DNA of 64,000 nucleotides from Cyanophora paradoxa CCMP329 (Eukaryota; Plantae; Glaucophyta), in contig QPMI01000150.1 of the NCBI GenBank assembly GCA_004431415.1, positions 155,668 to 219,667 of the forward strand, read 5' to 3'. The position numbers were made by a program, and so were the translations under genes. Positions within the stretch are counted from its first letter, which is position 1, and each line of letters begins with the position of its first letter. The notes under the pieces are model-generated. The model was not told where the DNA came from. It saw only the letters and a list, made by a program, of their open reading frames with translations, and made no database searches. Below are positions 37,531 to 50,300 of this stretch, in pieces.

Positions 37531-40500
37531 CTAGCGTTCATGCAGTATACGTAGCTGCCTTCCAAGGCTAGTCACCAAGCTCTTCCTAGGAGCCTTCCCT
37601 CCGCGGCCGGATCCTGACCGAGCTACATGCATATGTCTGCGTATATATGTACCTGACCTCCTAGCAATAGATTTGTGGGGATCCGGAGGCAAGGAAACGC
37701 TCAAGTCTGGATGAGAATAGTCTATTGGAAAGATATACCTATGGTATGTCGACGTCGCTTTCTGTTCGCCAGCTATATGTATCGAAGTTCCTGGTAGATG
37801 ACGTGCTGCATCGGAGGGAACAGCGAATAGAAACCCTGCGTATACGTAAACATCCAATTAATTCACGTATTGATTCACTTGCAATTGCGTCGCTTAATTA
37901 TATAAGCTTGTTTACCTGCATGCGAAACCAACTTGCGCTTTTCGTCTTCAGTGCTGGTGCACGTGGAGCAGTGCTTGGCGAGATAGTTGTGTATTGCTGT
38001 CGATTTTGTTTGAAGGCTCTCGAAGAACTGGGGGTTGCACTCTCGCATTTCACAAACTGCAAGTGCACGAAGCAGCAGAGATTAAAGGATTAGCAGAACG
38101 GACTCACAAATTAAACATATGCGTATAAATGTGCGCACGATTTTCCAAAAGCCACGAGGTCTGAATCAGCTGTAAGCGATATGGCTGAACCGTTACATAC
38201 TCTGCACAGAGCGCTAGCATTAAGATATATTTAATATTGAAATGAATGGTCGGCAAAATGCACCTGCGTGAACATCATGTGCAAACTTTTCTGCAGAGAC
38301 TCCAAACGTCGCAATCCAGGGGTCCTCAATGCCAGGCATGTGCTTCACCTGGGCGCAGACGAATAACACAGTCAAATTCCGATACATACTATTTCATTTG
38401 AGTTTCAAGAAAAGAAAAATCTTTCGCACAAGGATAAGCGATGCTATCAACGCTTTGCCTGTGAGTACTCCATGCACAATGACAGGCCTCCTCAGTGCAG
38501 CTGCAGCTCTCACAAACTGCTCAAAAGCAAAGAATGACTTTGCTGTTCGGCAGGCACCTGCAGCTGCAATCAGCATTAATGTTTCTAAAACATTGTTGCG
38601 CGTATTTAGATCGCACCAGTCATGGCTTCATCAAACATGAGGGCGACTCCAAATTCCTCACACAATGCTGACAACCCAACGAGGTACTCCAGCGAGAGAT
38701 ACCTTATTCCGTCGTTGACGTTCATTTGAATCGCCTCACAGATAATGACCTGGAGCTCGAGTATAACTCGCATTTTACAAATCGGATCCTAAGCTTCCAA
38801 CAAAGAAATTTACAAGTATACCTTGATGGGAAGCTTTGCAAATGGATGCGATTCCCTGAGCTCTTCTGCAGTCACTGTGCCGCCACTCTTATTGCGTTTT
38901 TCTATCAACTGAAGCGGGTTCAAGACGATACGAGATCGCGATTGGTAGTGTATATAAGCTAGCGCACCTCGCGAATTTGTTCCAAAGCACTGCAGACAGC
39001 CGTAGAATTGCTTCCAAGTACTTGCTCGCTTGGGGGAAGCGACTCGTACACGCAAGGAATGACAAGATGCTCTTCCCTGATGCATATGTATCTTTAGCGA
39101 AACCGGAAAGATTGATATTCTAATAGATGCAACAAAGTGAGCAGACCGTCCTTTGAATGCATTAGCTGGTACTGGCGTTCTTTCTCCGAACTGAACGTTG
39201 ATTCCTAGGGACCTCTCGATGTTCCCCAGGAGCCTTCGTCCACACATAAGCCCCCATCGAGCATTTGACGATTGAGAACTTTTTCGCGACCTTTTTACCA
39301 AGTCAAAAACTGCACCAGGTCTATAGCTAGGCAGGCCCGCGCACCAGGCAGGCAATTTCTTCAATCACAGATTCTTGGTCGGAAGTGTTGCCGCTGTTCG
39401 CAAAGGTTATGAACTGAAAGCCATCCGCCAGCTTGCCGAGCTTCGCATCGATGTCGGCTCTTTGTTTTCTGATGTCTTCTGCGCCGAATTTCGAAGGCTT
39501 ATCAGCTCATCAGCTTGATGCATGAAAACTTATGCGCTAGTCCTAGTGCACCTATTGAGAAATACTCTCCACTGGACGATCGCGTGCCCCAGTTGTCGTG
39601 CACCATAGATGGCAGACCCATCGGATCCGACAGAGCAAGGGAAATAAAGCTGACGCAACTATTAATGAATGGCAATTGCAAGCCAACTCAGAATCTGGAG
39701 CGCTGCACGCACTTTGCAGAACTAGAAACGTTGTCGGCTTGTGAGAGCACTGAAGTTACTGATGAGCCCCAGGCGCCACAGTAGTCCTGTTTACGTGCAT
39801 CTGCAAATTGTTTCCACTGCGGATCCGCTTCCAGCCGACTTTGGCGCAAATTCGCCGTAACTTGGGGGATGAGCGCATTCCACGCGCCACAGATGTCGAC
39901 ATCGCCGTTTTCGTGTTGGAGAGCTTGTTGTAGCCCAGCGATGTCATCGCTAGAGAGACTAGCGCAGGTGCTGTTTGCATAATGGGTCAGCAATTTGCGA
40001 TGAAGATCAACGTATAAAGCATGTGTTGCGAACCGGAAAGAATCGAAGGCCGCTGCATGCCCGTGAACTTCGATGAATGCAAGCAGCATAATGCATGCCT
40101 GGGTGATTGGGGAAACCCCAACTGCACCGGTTCCGATGCCGGAATTTATTGTCCTGATTCGCAAACGATTAATATTGCGCATGCGTAACGGGTTTGTGCA
40201 TATTTCAGGCATATGCAACGAATTCACTCACTGCATTGTGGCACGAACGATGCCCGCTATTGCAGACGACGAAGCAGAATTCACGGACAGCTCTTGTATG
40301 AAGGGCATGTGCACAGCACCACAGCCTGGGCCTGTACATTTATCTGACGAATTTGCAGCTGGGTCAGCTAAAGGCCAAGGGGCTGCAGCTGCGGGCAAAG
40401 GATGACGCACTGCAGCTGATGCAATCTGCATGCCCATGAGTCGATGGCGGCGATGCTTCTTGAATTGACGGCGATGCTTCTTGAATTGCTCCGCTTGGAT

Positions 40501-40870
40501 TTGCGGTGGGTTGCGATTGAGCACGCTGTTCTGCAGCTGGATGCTCAACACCTTGCAGATCTAGAGCATGCAGAACTCGATCGCGAGCTGCGCCTGCAGA
40601 ATTCGGACAGGTGGACAAATTAGACAACGCATTTTGCACGCACAGGAATTCGAATCTGCCTCCGAGGCTTCTGCTGCGGCCGCAGGTGCACGTTGTTTAG
40701 ATCTAAAGCAAATATGTATATATATAGAGCGCGCTGGAAAAGAGCGCGCACGTTGCTTTGATGCAAGTTGTTGTTCTGATAGCGCTAGCGCTGCGACGCC
40801 GTTGCTTGCGCATGCCGGCCCCGCTGCGATTTGTGCAAACAAATTTGACGGAGGCCCAACCAAGCTAAGC
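37531..40870 (-). CDS. Multi-exon hypothetical gene inside the putative Helitron (cargo or accessory gene)
   Basis: Series of minus-strand exon-like ORFs with normal composition (QACIMLLAFIEVHGHAAAFDSFRF, FDLVKRSRK, MLIAAAGACRTAKSFFAFEQF, STYHRYIFPIDYSHP) and GT-AG introns. No recognisable domain. Confidence 0.4.
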
Positions 40871-42361
40871 ATGGAAGCATCTCCAAGACATGGCTCGAAC
40901 CACTCGTATTTGCATCGGAGAGCTGTGCGGGGCGCGCGTGGATGCCGGCGTCATCGTCGGATGCAACTCCGAGCTCGAGCTCCTCAGGCCGCGCGGCCGG
41001 CGCCGTCGCACTTATGAAAGCCCGCCGAACCCGCGCCGTGTATGAGTCGGCTTCCCGGTCTTCGCCTTGCGTTTTCCGGTCGCCTTGCCCATCGCGCGCT
41101 TCCAGGCTGGCCCTCTAGATCTAGCTATAGATCTCCCCTATCTTGAGACGTCGACCTCTCCCCGCCTGGAAGATCTAGATCTTCTTAATCGATATATATC
41201 CCTCTATATAGCTAGATCTCGGAGCTAGATTCCCAATTCTACGTATATATATATACATCATCATGGGCCATTAATTGCAATGTTAAATTAATTAATTGTT
41301 TTTTTTGGTAATGGCTGCCCAGGGGGACCAAAGACAAAAGGCAAAGGAAGAAAGATAAGAGCACGAAGAGCACCGTGGCACGAAGAAAGATAAGACAAAG
41401 AGCCAAACCCGACAATAAATAAGGAATGAGACAGTTAAACGCCATTGAACTAAATTGCAAGGGGGGAAAAGAAGACCGAAGGTCTTCCCCCCCTTGCTTC
41501 CCGTTCCCTCGCTTCAGCCAAAAGTTTTCTATGAGGCCGTTTTCGAGGGCCAGCTTGCAACGAAATTGTCGGTTATTCGCGATCCGATTGGCTCGGTGAA
41601 CCGGTCAGCTCTCGACTTTCGAGCGTCGAATCGGAGGGGAAAAAGTGGTTTTCGAGGGGAAAACTAACTTCTCAAGTGGTTTTCGAGGGGAAAACTAACT
41701 TCTCTCTAACTCCGGTCTTCGAATTCCTTGCGCCGTTCTGCATGGAACCAGTTCTCCCTAGCTCTCTCCTCTACATTTCGGCTTCCTCGCAGTGCGTCGC
41801 GTACGCCTTGCTCTTCGTTGCGCGGTTCTGCATGGAACCACTTCTCTCTACGTACCTGTCAACGTCTCCTCTAGATTAGCTTGCAACGAAAAATGCGCCC
41901 CTGCCTAGCTGGGCCGCTGATCGTAGCCGAGGACAGGCCTTCGAGACCGTGCTCTTTCGCTGCGCTCGGGACGCCGCCGAATTCGAGCCTATATTGCAGA
42001 ACCGCGTGCGGAGCTGCCCGCAGCCGAGCACGCCGGACGGGCCTGGCGCTCTTGTTGCGTTTGGCACCTGGCAAGCAGACCAGTTCGCGCGCTGCGCACG
42101 GCGCGCCGGTCGATGCCGCTTGCAATTGTCTGCTCATTCAGGTTGAGGCTGCTGTCAGCGTCGGCGCTCCGACGTTAACGTTCGGCGTCCCGCGTTGCAC
42201 CCGCCGCGTGCGCTCGACACCCGGCCAGCTGCCTAGCACGCTTGCGGCCGCTGGCTGCACTGCAGCTTAAGCTTTACCAGTGTTTCCAACAGCCGCCAGT
42301 TATCTTATTCAGTTGCAGCTCAGCGGAAGCCCTTCCCGAGCTCGAGCCGGATTCAAACGAG

Positions 42362-44920
42362 ATGGGACGGAAAGCTGCATTGGACCTTGTTTCCGGGCGA
42401 GATTTCGTGCTGTCGGACGCTCGATGCACGCTCTCATCGTCGTGCACGGGCGGCATTTGCTTATGTTGTCCGGAGGGCGCCCGTCAACACTTCTGCGCTC
42501 GCGAAAGCCTATTTCGGCATGTCCGGCAGCACGTTCGGAGCGCTCAAGTGGGTGCAGTTGCAATTTAGCTGCAGTCGTTAACAAGCACGTATCGGATAAC
42601 GTACGTATTTCCCTGCGCAGGGCGCTCCAGTTCCGCCCCGCAGGGCGCTTCCGTTCAGATCGAGCCGCGCAGCGCTCGAGTACGTGGAGTTTCTATCGAG
42701 CCGCGCGCCGGCAAAACGCAGGGGCTAACGCATGTTCTGACTGCCACGCAGAGCACTTCCAACCTGGCAGTGCGTGTTCAGGCTTCAGTTGTCGATCCGC
42801 GAAGCGCGCGCTTGTGTGTCCAAGTGAGCTCGTTTTGCGGCTTTTTTACAAATTTGCAATTTTCAGCTGTTATTCAGAGCTCTTAACCGTTCAACAGAAT
42901 CCGGACCGGCTGTCGTCTGTGTGCGCCGCTTCTGAAAACTCAGTTTCGGGCATTTTGCGAGTAGCGGAACCGTCGGTGAGTCGGGAAGTTCAACGGCTCA
43001 GTTTCGAACATCCCGGCCCGCGTTGGAGTCCGGTGCGCTGTTTGGCACCTTGTGTTTAATGCTATTCCTCAGTGCGTTTCCATCAGATGTCTTGCGATAT
43101 TTGCAAGCGGCCCTTCAACGACAAGTTGTCGTTCGACCGGCACGTGAAGCGTGCGAAGTGCTCGCCGCAGAATGTGCCTCCGGACATGTCTATTCCGGCA
43201 TCCGCAACGGTCGCCCAGTACCCGTGCAGGCAGTGCTGTATCGTCTGTCCGTCAGCTCCTTCCCTTCGTCAGCACGAGGCTGCACACGCCCGAGGTAATT
43301 TTTGTGCTGCGTTGCTGAACCAGATCGATGTAGTGACGTTGCCCGCAATGCAGAGGCTGCGGAGGACGTAGTCGAGTCCGAGTGCAGCAGCAGTTCGTCC
43401 GAGGAAGAAGCCGACCCGGCGTTAGGCCGCCGGAAGCGAACGGCCAGACGGGCCACGCATAGCTGCGATCATGAGGGCTGCGGCTGGAGCGGCGCTTCTG
43501 CATCCTCTCTGCGGAAGCACAAAGAGAAGAAGCACCCTCCAGGTGGATTCTATTTTCGTGGACATGTGGATTCGGGATTCCCTCGCTAAATTGTCGATAT
43601 CGCCGGTCAGATATCGCTCCTTGGGACGCACTGCCAGCTCTTACTACGACGTGGATGAAGACGTGGCCGCGAAACAGCACGTTTTGGACGTGCGCCTGCT
43701 GCGCGGAGTATCGGCCTGCCGCGGACTTCCCCAAATGCCCCTTCTTCCCCGCCTCGCTTGAGATCTTTACTCCCTCTGGGTGTACAAGTGAGCACTCCGA
43801 ACCTATTCTACATTTCCACTGCGCAGCACTTATCTGGGTGCAGGGAGGATATCGAGGCGCCCCCACCGTGGCAGAAACAGCTTGGCGTCGAAAAACGCGA
43901 GGGGTCTCTGCTGCTGCCGCCGGCCTTTGAGCGCGTCACCGGAACGGAAAGCCGGCCGGGCCTGCAGCAAATGCTAGCTGTACTCAAAGTTGAAGGTGAC
44001 TCGGGCACCTTCGTCGAATCGTGCCCTGGCAAGATGTGCAGCTGCAAGGTCGCCTGCAAATCGAACATTCCGCACTTTCGTCTTTGCCAGCGCTGCATCC
44101 CCACCCTCAAATCGGGCGACATGCCGCGAACAGCAGTGGCGTTGTGGGACTTCGGATATATTCCCGAGGAGCTGAGCTGCCTGAACGAGGCGGAACGAAA
44201 GCTGATTGCGATTGTCAGCGGCGAGACTCGCGTCCGTACACACCACCCTTCGGGCCAGCGCTTTACTCGTGGCAACTGCATCTCATTCTTCAACAAGATC
44301 AACGAACTGGTCCTCGTGCTCCACGCACGGCCGGCCAGTCCGAAACTGTTTACATTCAAACTGAGGGTGCGCCCGTCACCGTGACTCTGAAAGTGCGGCC
44401 CTGGCTCATTCGACGCGCTCTCTTCTGGCTGAAAAAGGTATGCGGCCGATTGTAATAATCTCTTTCAGCCGTTTTTCAGCAACCGTCGAAGCACTCGCGG
44501 CTGCGCGGCAAGATCGCTTCGTCGTTCGCTTTGTCGGGTGCGCGAACATTCATTCAACTGGACTGCCCATATCTAGATCTCGCGTCTGTTTCATGATTGC
44601 CACGGCAGACCTGCAATCGAGGACCTCCACATGGGAGTCCTCACGCGCCTCCGAGACGCCGGCCTCGTCGATATCGAACTTCAAGACCTTGTCTACCAGA
44701 TGCGCGGCGGAAGCGAGCAGCGCGCCAGCCGCGTGGCTCTGCAGGCGCTCGAGGCGGCGGGCCGCCTCACCATGCTCTCCCAGCAGGGCCCTCTTCAGGA
44801 CCGGCGCCGCTGGCTGCCGCTCACCCGCACGGCCGACTTCCGCCCCGACCCCCTCCAGACGGCCTGGATCGCCTATGTTTACGGCGAGCCCTCTGCAGAC
44901 AGCACCATCATTTTTTAGCC
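42362..44920 (+). CDS. Helitron RepHel N-terminal portion: C2H2 zinc fingers plus DUF6570-like domain (truncated before Rep/helicase)
   Basis: Zinc fingers CDICKRPF..SFDRHV, YPCRQC..SLRQHEAAH and CDHEGCGW..SLRKHKEKKH. These are followed by LCQRCIPTLKSGDMPRTAVALWDFGYIPEELSCLNEAERKLIA..GQRFTRGNCISF and KVRPWLIRRALFWLKK, the pattern of the Helitron-associated DUF6570 region. Confidence 0.65.
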
Positions 44921-45551
44921 AGCTGTTCAGGAGTAGGGGTAGGCCGTGCAAACACAGTTGATGCGCACGGTTTTTCCGCTCCAGAACAATCTTTCATATA
45001 CAGTGCACTCAATCTCGAAGTTCATTCAGGCTTTTCTTTGTTCGGTTAGATCGCAGCGTCTGCTAAAAATGGTATATTGGGCGTTCTGCCCCACAATACC
45101 ATATATCGTCTCACATCTTATAGAATTTCATAAATCCTTACCATAACCGTTTTTTCGATCGATTCTACACGACAATATACGATATTTCTCGATTGTCGTA
45201 CTTTGATACTCCTCGATTGTCGTACTTTAATCGACGAAATCCACAAAACCAACACCAAACCAACACCACACCAATACCAAACCAACACCACACCAATTCC
45301 CCACGTAATCCCACCGATTCAAAACCAAAATTTCATTTTCTTCGATTACCTGTATTCACCCTATCGAATCCTGACGGAGCGAAACGCGACGATTCCGAAT
45401 CTTTTTTCAGAATCGAAAACGGAGCAGTTGGTGAAGAGTTACAGAAGTTTCTATATATAGCTATGATTTTCAGGCAATATGTGGATTTCAGGATTTCGGA
45501 ATTTCCTTATACCCGGGCGCAGTTTCATCCCCAGGTTTCGATCCCGGATTT

Positions 45552-45767
45552 AATCCGAGATTAAACCTCAGATTAAATCCGAGTTTAAACCTCAGATTAA
45601 ATCCGAGTTTAAACCTCAGATTAAATCCGAGTATATATTTCGCAGATATACAGCTAACAATTAATAAAAGTGACTATACTGTGGGGGAAAAACTATGACA
45701 ACCGGGGAAGAACTATGATAACCGGGGGAGAAATGACTATGATAACCGGGGAAGAACTATGATAACC
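45552..45767. repeat. Two minisatellite blocks (24-bp TTAAACCTCAGATTAAATCCGAGT x~3; ~20-bp GGGGAAGAACTATGATAACC x~4)
   Basis: Read directly at 45552-45632 and 45683-45767. Confidence 0.9.
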
Positions 45768-46110
45768 TCACTGTTATTGGTTGGATTGCAAAAAATACTA
45801 CTTCATGGCACACTATATATTTTCATGATCCTCATCATATGATGACCCCGACTATGTCGGTGACGCGAGGACATATATGTATATGTCGTCATATGCGAAA
45901 AAAAAGACATATATACCTCATATATACCTAAAACCTCCGAATTCCAGGTTGACCCATACGGAATTTCCGGTGAAAAAAGTGTATATATGCGCATATATAT
46001 ACATCGTCGTTTCGCGTGTCGGCATCTTTAAAGCATCGTAATTCTTCGCCAGATCATCGCCTGTTAAATCTGAAAACGTCGCCGGAATGCTCATGTTAAG
46101 CTCTTCACAA

Positions 46111-46863
46111 CTAAACCGTAATCGTCGTGGGTTCATTGGTTATTCTTACTGATTCTCTCTTTTTTATAGCTCGTCTCTTTACAAACTTGCGAAATCCTTT
46201 CATATCATCATCTGTCAAAATCGCACGGTCTGTATAGGTCTTTATATCATACCCTTGCAATCCAGTTATAACTGTTTGGTAATTGTAGCCCCACATTTTA
46301 TGTAACTCTTTGTAAGTCTTCTTATCCAATCCACCGTTATATTCATCGTATGCGCAGTTAAACTCTTTCTCGTTCCCAAGAATATTGAAAAATACGACGA
46401 ACTCCACATTACGACGAATGGTAGTAGAAATAGAGCATAAACGCTGAACGTTAAATATAACTGTAATACCATAATGGCGTCCACTCGTTACCAATTTAGA
46501 TAACACAGCTGAATTATGCATATCCAGATTGGAACCTATCATATCGTCAAGTATGATGACTAAACTATTTCGCTTCTCATTGTTTTCAATTCGTCTCTTT
46601 TGCATGCTAATGAGTTTCACAACTACATTATCGTCCCATTCCTCATATATATTATCGGGGTGGGTAATATCTCTGAATTGACCAGTAAACGCAGTAGAAC
46701 TAAATACTACAATCTGATCGATCTTATCCCGCAGTTCATAGAGTAGATACTTACAATAAGTTGTCTTACCAGAGTTGGAGCGTCCGGCAAGCAAAAAACG
46801 CGAAGGGAGTTTAGCTGTCCTTGCAGGGTCGAATTCGGGAATATCATCAAGATCGATCTCCAT
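46111..46863 (-). CDS. A32-like (FtsK-HerA family) DNA packaging ATPase, 250 aa
   Basis: MEIDLDDIPEFDP start, Walker A AGRSNSGKTT, Walker B LVIILDD, and GRHYGITVIFNVQ..ISTTIRRN. These are typical of Polinton/virophage/NCLDV packaging ATPases. Confidence 0.9.
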   Translation of the reverse strand: MEIDLDDIPEFDPARTAKLPSRFLLAGRSNSGKTTYCKYLLYELRDKIDQIVVFSSTAFTGQFRDITHPDNIYEEWDDNVVVKLISMQKRRIENNEKRNSLVIILDDMIGSNLDMHNSAVLSKLVTSGRHYGITVIFNVQRLCSISTTIRRNVEFVVFFNILGNEKEFNCAYDEYNGGLDKKTYKELHKMWGYNYQTVITGLQGYDIKTYTDRAILTDDDMKGFRKFVKRRAIKKRESVRITNEPTTITV

Positions 46864-46929
46864 TACTACGTTGTCCGTTACAGTAATAAGATAAAAAACA
46901 AAATCATGCGCTAACCTATACGCAATTTG

Positions 46930-47214
46930 CAGGCTCCCTACTTTCCCCCGGCCCTCGAGTACCTTCATGTTCGCGCCCCCGCTGCTCGTAAATGCGCGAA
47001 CGGGATCTTTGATGTACTTGTGACGGGGCTCCAGGAGATTTGGCAGGCGCGAAACTCGGACGTCCAAGCCTGGCAGCGCCGCTGTGGCCTCACGCGTCGG
47101 ACTCTGACGGCGCCCCGACCCCCGCCAGCAACAGACCCGCGGCCCGCCGAAGAAGCCGCCGCGCCCGGGAGACACGCCCTCAGCCGGACCCGAACCCGCA
47201 GCCCGCACCCGTAG
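46930..47214 (+). pseudogene. Probable C-terminal stub of LINE ORF2 from a preceding 5'-truncated copy
   Basis: IFDVLVTGLQEIWQARNSDVQAWQRRCGLT resembles the IW..RN/C....W...G.T tail of L1-clade-like ORF2 proteins. Confidence 0.45.
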
Positions 47215-47369
47215 TGCTGGTCAGGAGTATTCCGGTACCCCCAAGCATACCGGAACGCGCCCGTCTCCAGCCGACGGCAGCGCCAGCGCGCGATGCGCAC
47301 TCAGCAGTAGGCCGGTCGAGCACAGACCGTCCAGCTTGCCCGCCCTCCCCGCCCGACGCCCATGACCTG

Positions 47370-50300
47370 ATGAATGTCGCCGCAGACAGCCCGCACAGCC
47401 CGCCCACGAACCTCAGAGCATCTTCGGATGTCTCACGTGCCTTAAGCCTGCAGTCGAGCGGCGCGCTCGCTCAGGACACGGCCTCTTGCCCGAATCGCCC
47501 GCACGAACCTCTCGCCCGAACCACTGGCAGGCATCGCCCGCTCTCTTCGCACACCCGACTACGCTTACATGTAAGATTACCACCGAGCGCGCCATCTCAC
47601 CCCCGCCCGCGCAGCGCCGCGCAGGTCACGCGCAGGCACACGTCGTCGGCGCCAACGGTCACCTGGCGTCGAACCGCCGGAGCTGCCTCCAAACGCACCG
47701 GTAGGACGAGTAGAAGAGCCTGGACTAGTAGACGCATGCCGAGCCGTGCGAGAGACGCTGTGGGACGGTCCCGGCGAACGCAGGGGGGGTACAGACCACG
47801 CCCCTGGTCTCGTCTGCACGAGAGCAGCTCTAGCTTGGCACGCCTGGCACTGGCGTTCTCGCATACCAATCCCTTCCAAGCGCTCGCCGGCCTGCGGGAC
47901 GACGAGATGTCTTCGGAAGGGGAAGGCGGGTCCGAGCAGCGCGGAGATCCACGCTCCCCGCCGCCGAATCAGCAAGGCAAACGTAGAGCAGCTGGACAAC
48001 AGCCAGCAGCCCTCACGCCGGAAAGCCGATCGCGCACACTGCCCAACCGCCGCCGGGTCGATGGCGAGCAGGGCGCTCAAGGCGAGCAAGACCCGGACGT
48101 TGACGTAAGCCCTGAAAGCCAGTCCGTCTCGGTGCCCTCGCTCAACCGCTCCACGCAGAGCGACGGCCAGGAACGACTGCGACGCCGTCGGGCAGCTACC
48201 GAAGCCGAAGCCGGGCCATCGCACCGCGTGCGCACGCCCTCACAGGCCCTCCCATGCGTAAATACAGCACAGCTAACAGGCCCCCGGCCATCACAGGCTC
48301 CCGGTCAGTCCGGCCGATCGAGATCGCAGGAACCCGCGGGACCCCCAACCGCCGAGCAGCAGGTTCCTCACTTGACTTCCTGCCCCAAATCATCGCCCTC
48401 TGCTCACTGCCAGTCTCCGCAGAACGTGGCGCACCCGGATGCCGACTCCAGGAGGAACTCTCCAGGCCGCCCGGGCATAGTGGTACGCGCGCCGCGGCGC
48501 CCCTCTGCAGTCACAGCGCACCGCCAACACGCAACGCAGCAACGAGCGGCAATGGCGGCGCGCGGGCTCGGCGACCTAATAGCATCGCCGTTCCGCCGCG
48601 ATCGCCAAGACGACCGGAACCGCGCCGACAGCCAATCGGGACGCAGCGGGCCCACCAGCCCCAGCTCCAGCTCGGAGAGCGAATCCAGCTCCAGCTCAGA
48701 GAGCAGCCCCCGCAGCCGACACTCAGTCAACAGCGGCCACGGCAATCGTGCAGGCGACGAGCATGGCGAGCGTGACGGAGAAGGCCGCCGCGAGCCCGAA
48801 GGCGAAGACGTACGCGGCGGCCCCGGAGGCGACGGACAAGGAGGGCCCGACGACGACGGGCGCCGCGAGCGGGCCGGCGAGGGGCGAGACGGGCGCGACG
48901 ACGACGGGCGCCGCGGGCGAGCCGGCGAGGGCAAGGCGGGCGCGACGACGATGGGCGCCGCGGGCGCGACGGCCCGGGGCACGGCGGACGCGACGGCGGA
49001 GGGCGCGGCGGACTCAACGGCGAGGGGCGCGGAATGCCTGACGACGGCGGGCGCCGTGGGCGGCCGGCGAGGGGCGAGACGGGCGGGACGACGGGCGCCG
49101 CGGGCGCGATGGCGAGGAGCACGGCGGACGCGACGACGACAGGCGCCGCGGGCGGGACGGCCTAGGGCATGGCGGACGTGACGACGACGTACGCCGCGGG
49201 CGTGACGGAGGGGACACGGCGGGCGCGACGGCGGAGGGCGCGGCGGGCCCGACGACGAGGGGCGCGGAGGGCCTGACGACGGCGGACGCCGGGGGCGGGC
49301 CGGCGAGGGGCGGGATGGGCGCGACGACGGACGCCGCGGGCGCGACGGCGAGGGGCACGGCGGGCGCGACGGCGGAGGGCGCGGCGGGCCCGACGACGAG
49401 GGGCGCGGCGGGCCCGACGACGACGGGCGTCGTGGGCGGGCCGGCGAGGGGCGGGACGGACGCGACGACGGACGCCGCGGGCGCGACGGCGAGGGCACGG
49501 CGGGCGCGACGGCGGAGGGCGCGGCGGGCCCGGGGACGAACGTCGCGGGCCTGACGACGACGGACGCCGTGGGCGGGCCGGAGGGGATCGAGACGGGCGT
49601 GACGACGGGCGCCGCGGACGTGATGGCGAGGGGCTCGGCGGGCGCGACGACGACGGGCGCCACGGACGGGACGGCCCGGGGCAAGGCGGACGTGCCAATG
49701 ACGGGCGCCGCGGGCGCGATGACGGCGGCGGACTCGGCGGACGTGGTCGTGGGGCGTCGGCGGCGGAGCCTGGCGCGGCCGGGGTGGGCATGGCGGCGGT
49801 GGCGGTGGCGGAGGCGGCGGTGGCGGCGGAGGACTTGGCGGGGGAGGCGGTGGAGGACGTGGGCGTGGGGGCTTCGGCGGCGGAGCCTGGCGCGGCCGGG
49901 GTGGGCACGGTGGCGGCGGCGGCGGTGGCGGCGGCGGAGGTGGCGGCGGACCCGGAGGGGGAGGCGGCAACGGAGCCGATGAGGACCGTGATGGCGACTT
50001 CGAACCGCTCCCGGGCGATGACCCGCGGGCCCCCGATGACCGCCTCCTGGAGGACTCTAACCGGCCGTCCAACTTCTTCCTAGCCCTCGGCAGCACGTCG
50101 TTCAGCCTGGAGGTCCAGCGCTACTGCCCGGAATTCAGGGTCGCCACCCGTGACGACCTGGAGACCGCTGCGAAGGCGAAGTTCCTCGGAGCAGTCGGCG
50201 AACGAATGCTCGAGGAGGTCCGGAACACGCTCGTCTCCAAGTACGACTCCTTCAGGGAGGCGCGGGACAACGGCAAGGCAATCCCCGACGACCTAGCAGC

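Larger units (their letters stand above)
35391..45000 (+). mobile_element. Helitron-like (probably Helitron2/Helentron) element, 3'-truncated
   Basis: It starts where RdRP homology stops, with a perfect hairpin AAGTTTACCA-CA-TGGTAAACTT (35393-35414) and two more TTTACCAC copies (35440, 35455). It contains a ZnF + DUF6570-like gene at 42.4-44.9 kb. The link between this terminus and that gene is inferred. Confidence 0.5.
45090..46929 (-). mobile_element. Polinton/Maverick-like (PLV-type) endogenous viral segment A
   Basis: Abrupt drop to AT-rich, intronless DNA. It contains minisatellites and a packaging ATPase, and shares diverged motifs with segment B. The left boundary is approximate. Confidence 0.75.

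Noticed and set aside
45552-45767. Short repeats resembling a CRISPR array
   Set aside because: The repeats are contiguous with no unique spacers, there are no cas genes, and the context is eukaryotic/viral.
46864-47208. 115-aa N-terminal extension of the ATPase in the ORF track
   Set aside because: It is read-through into the antisense strand of the inserted LINE. Composition changes at ~46930 and the natural start is the ATG at 46863.
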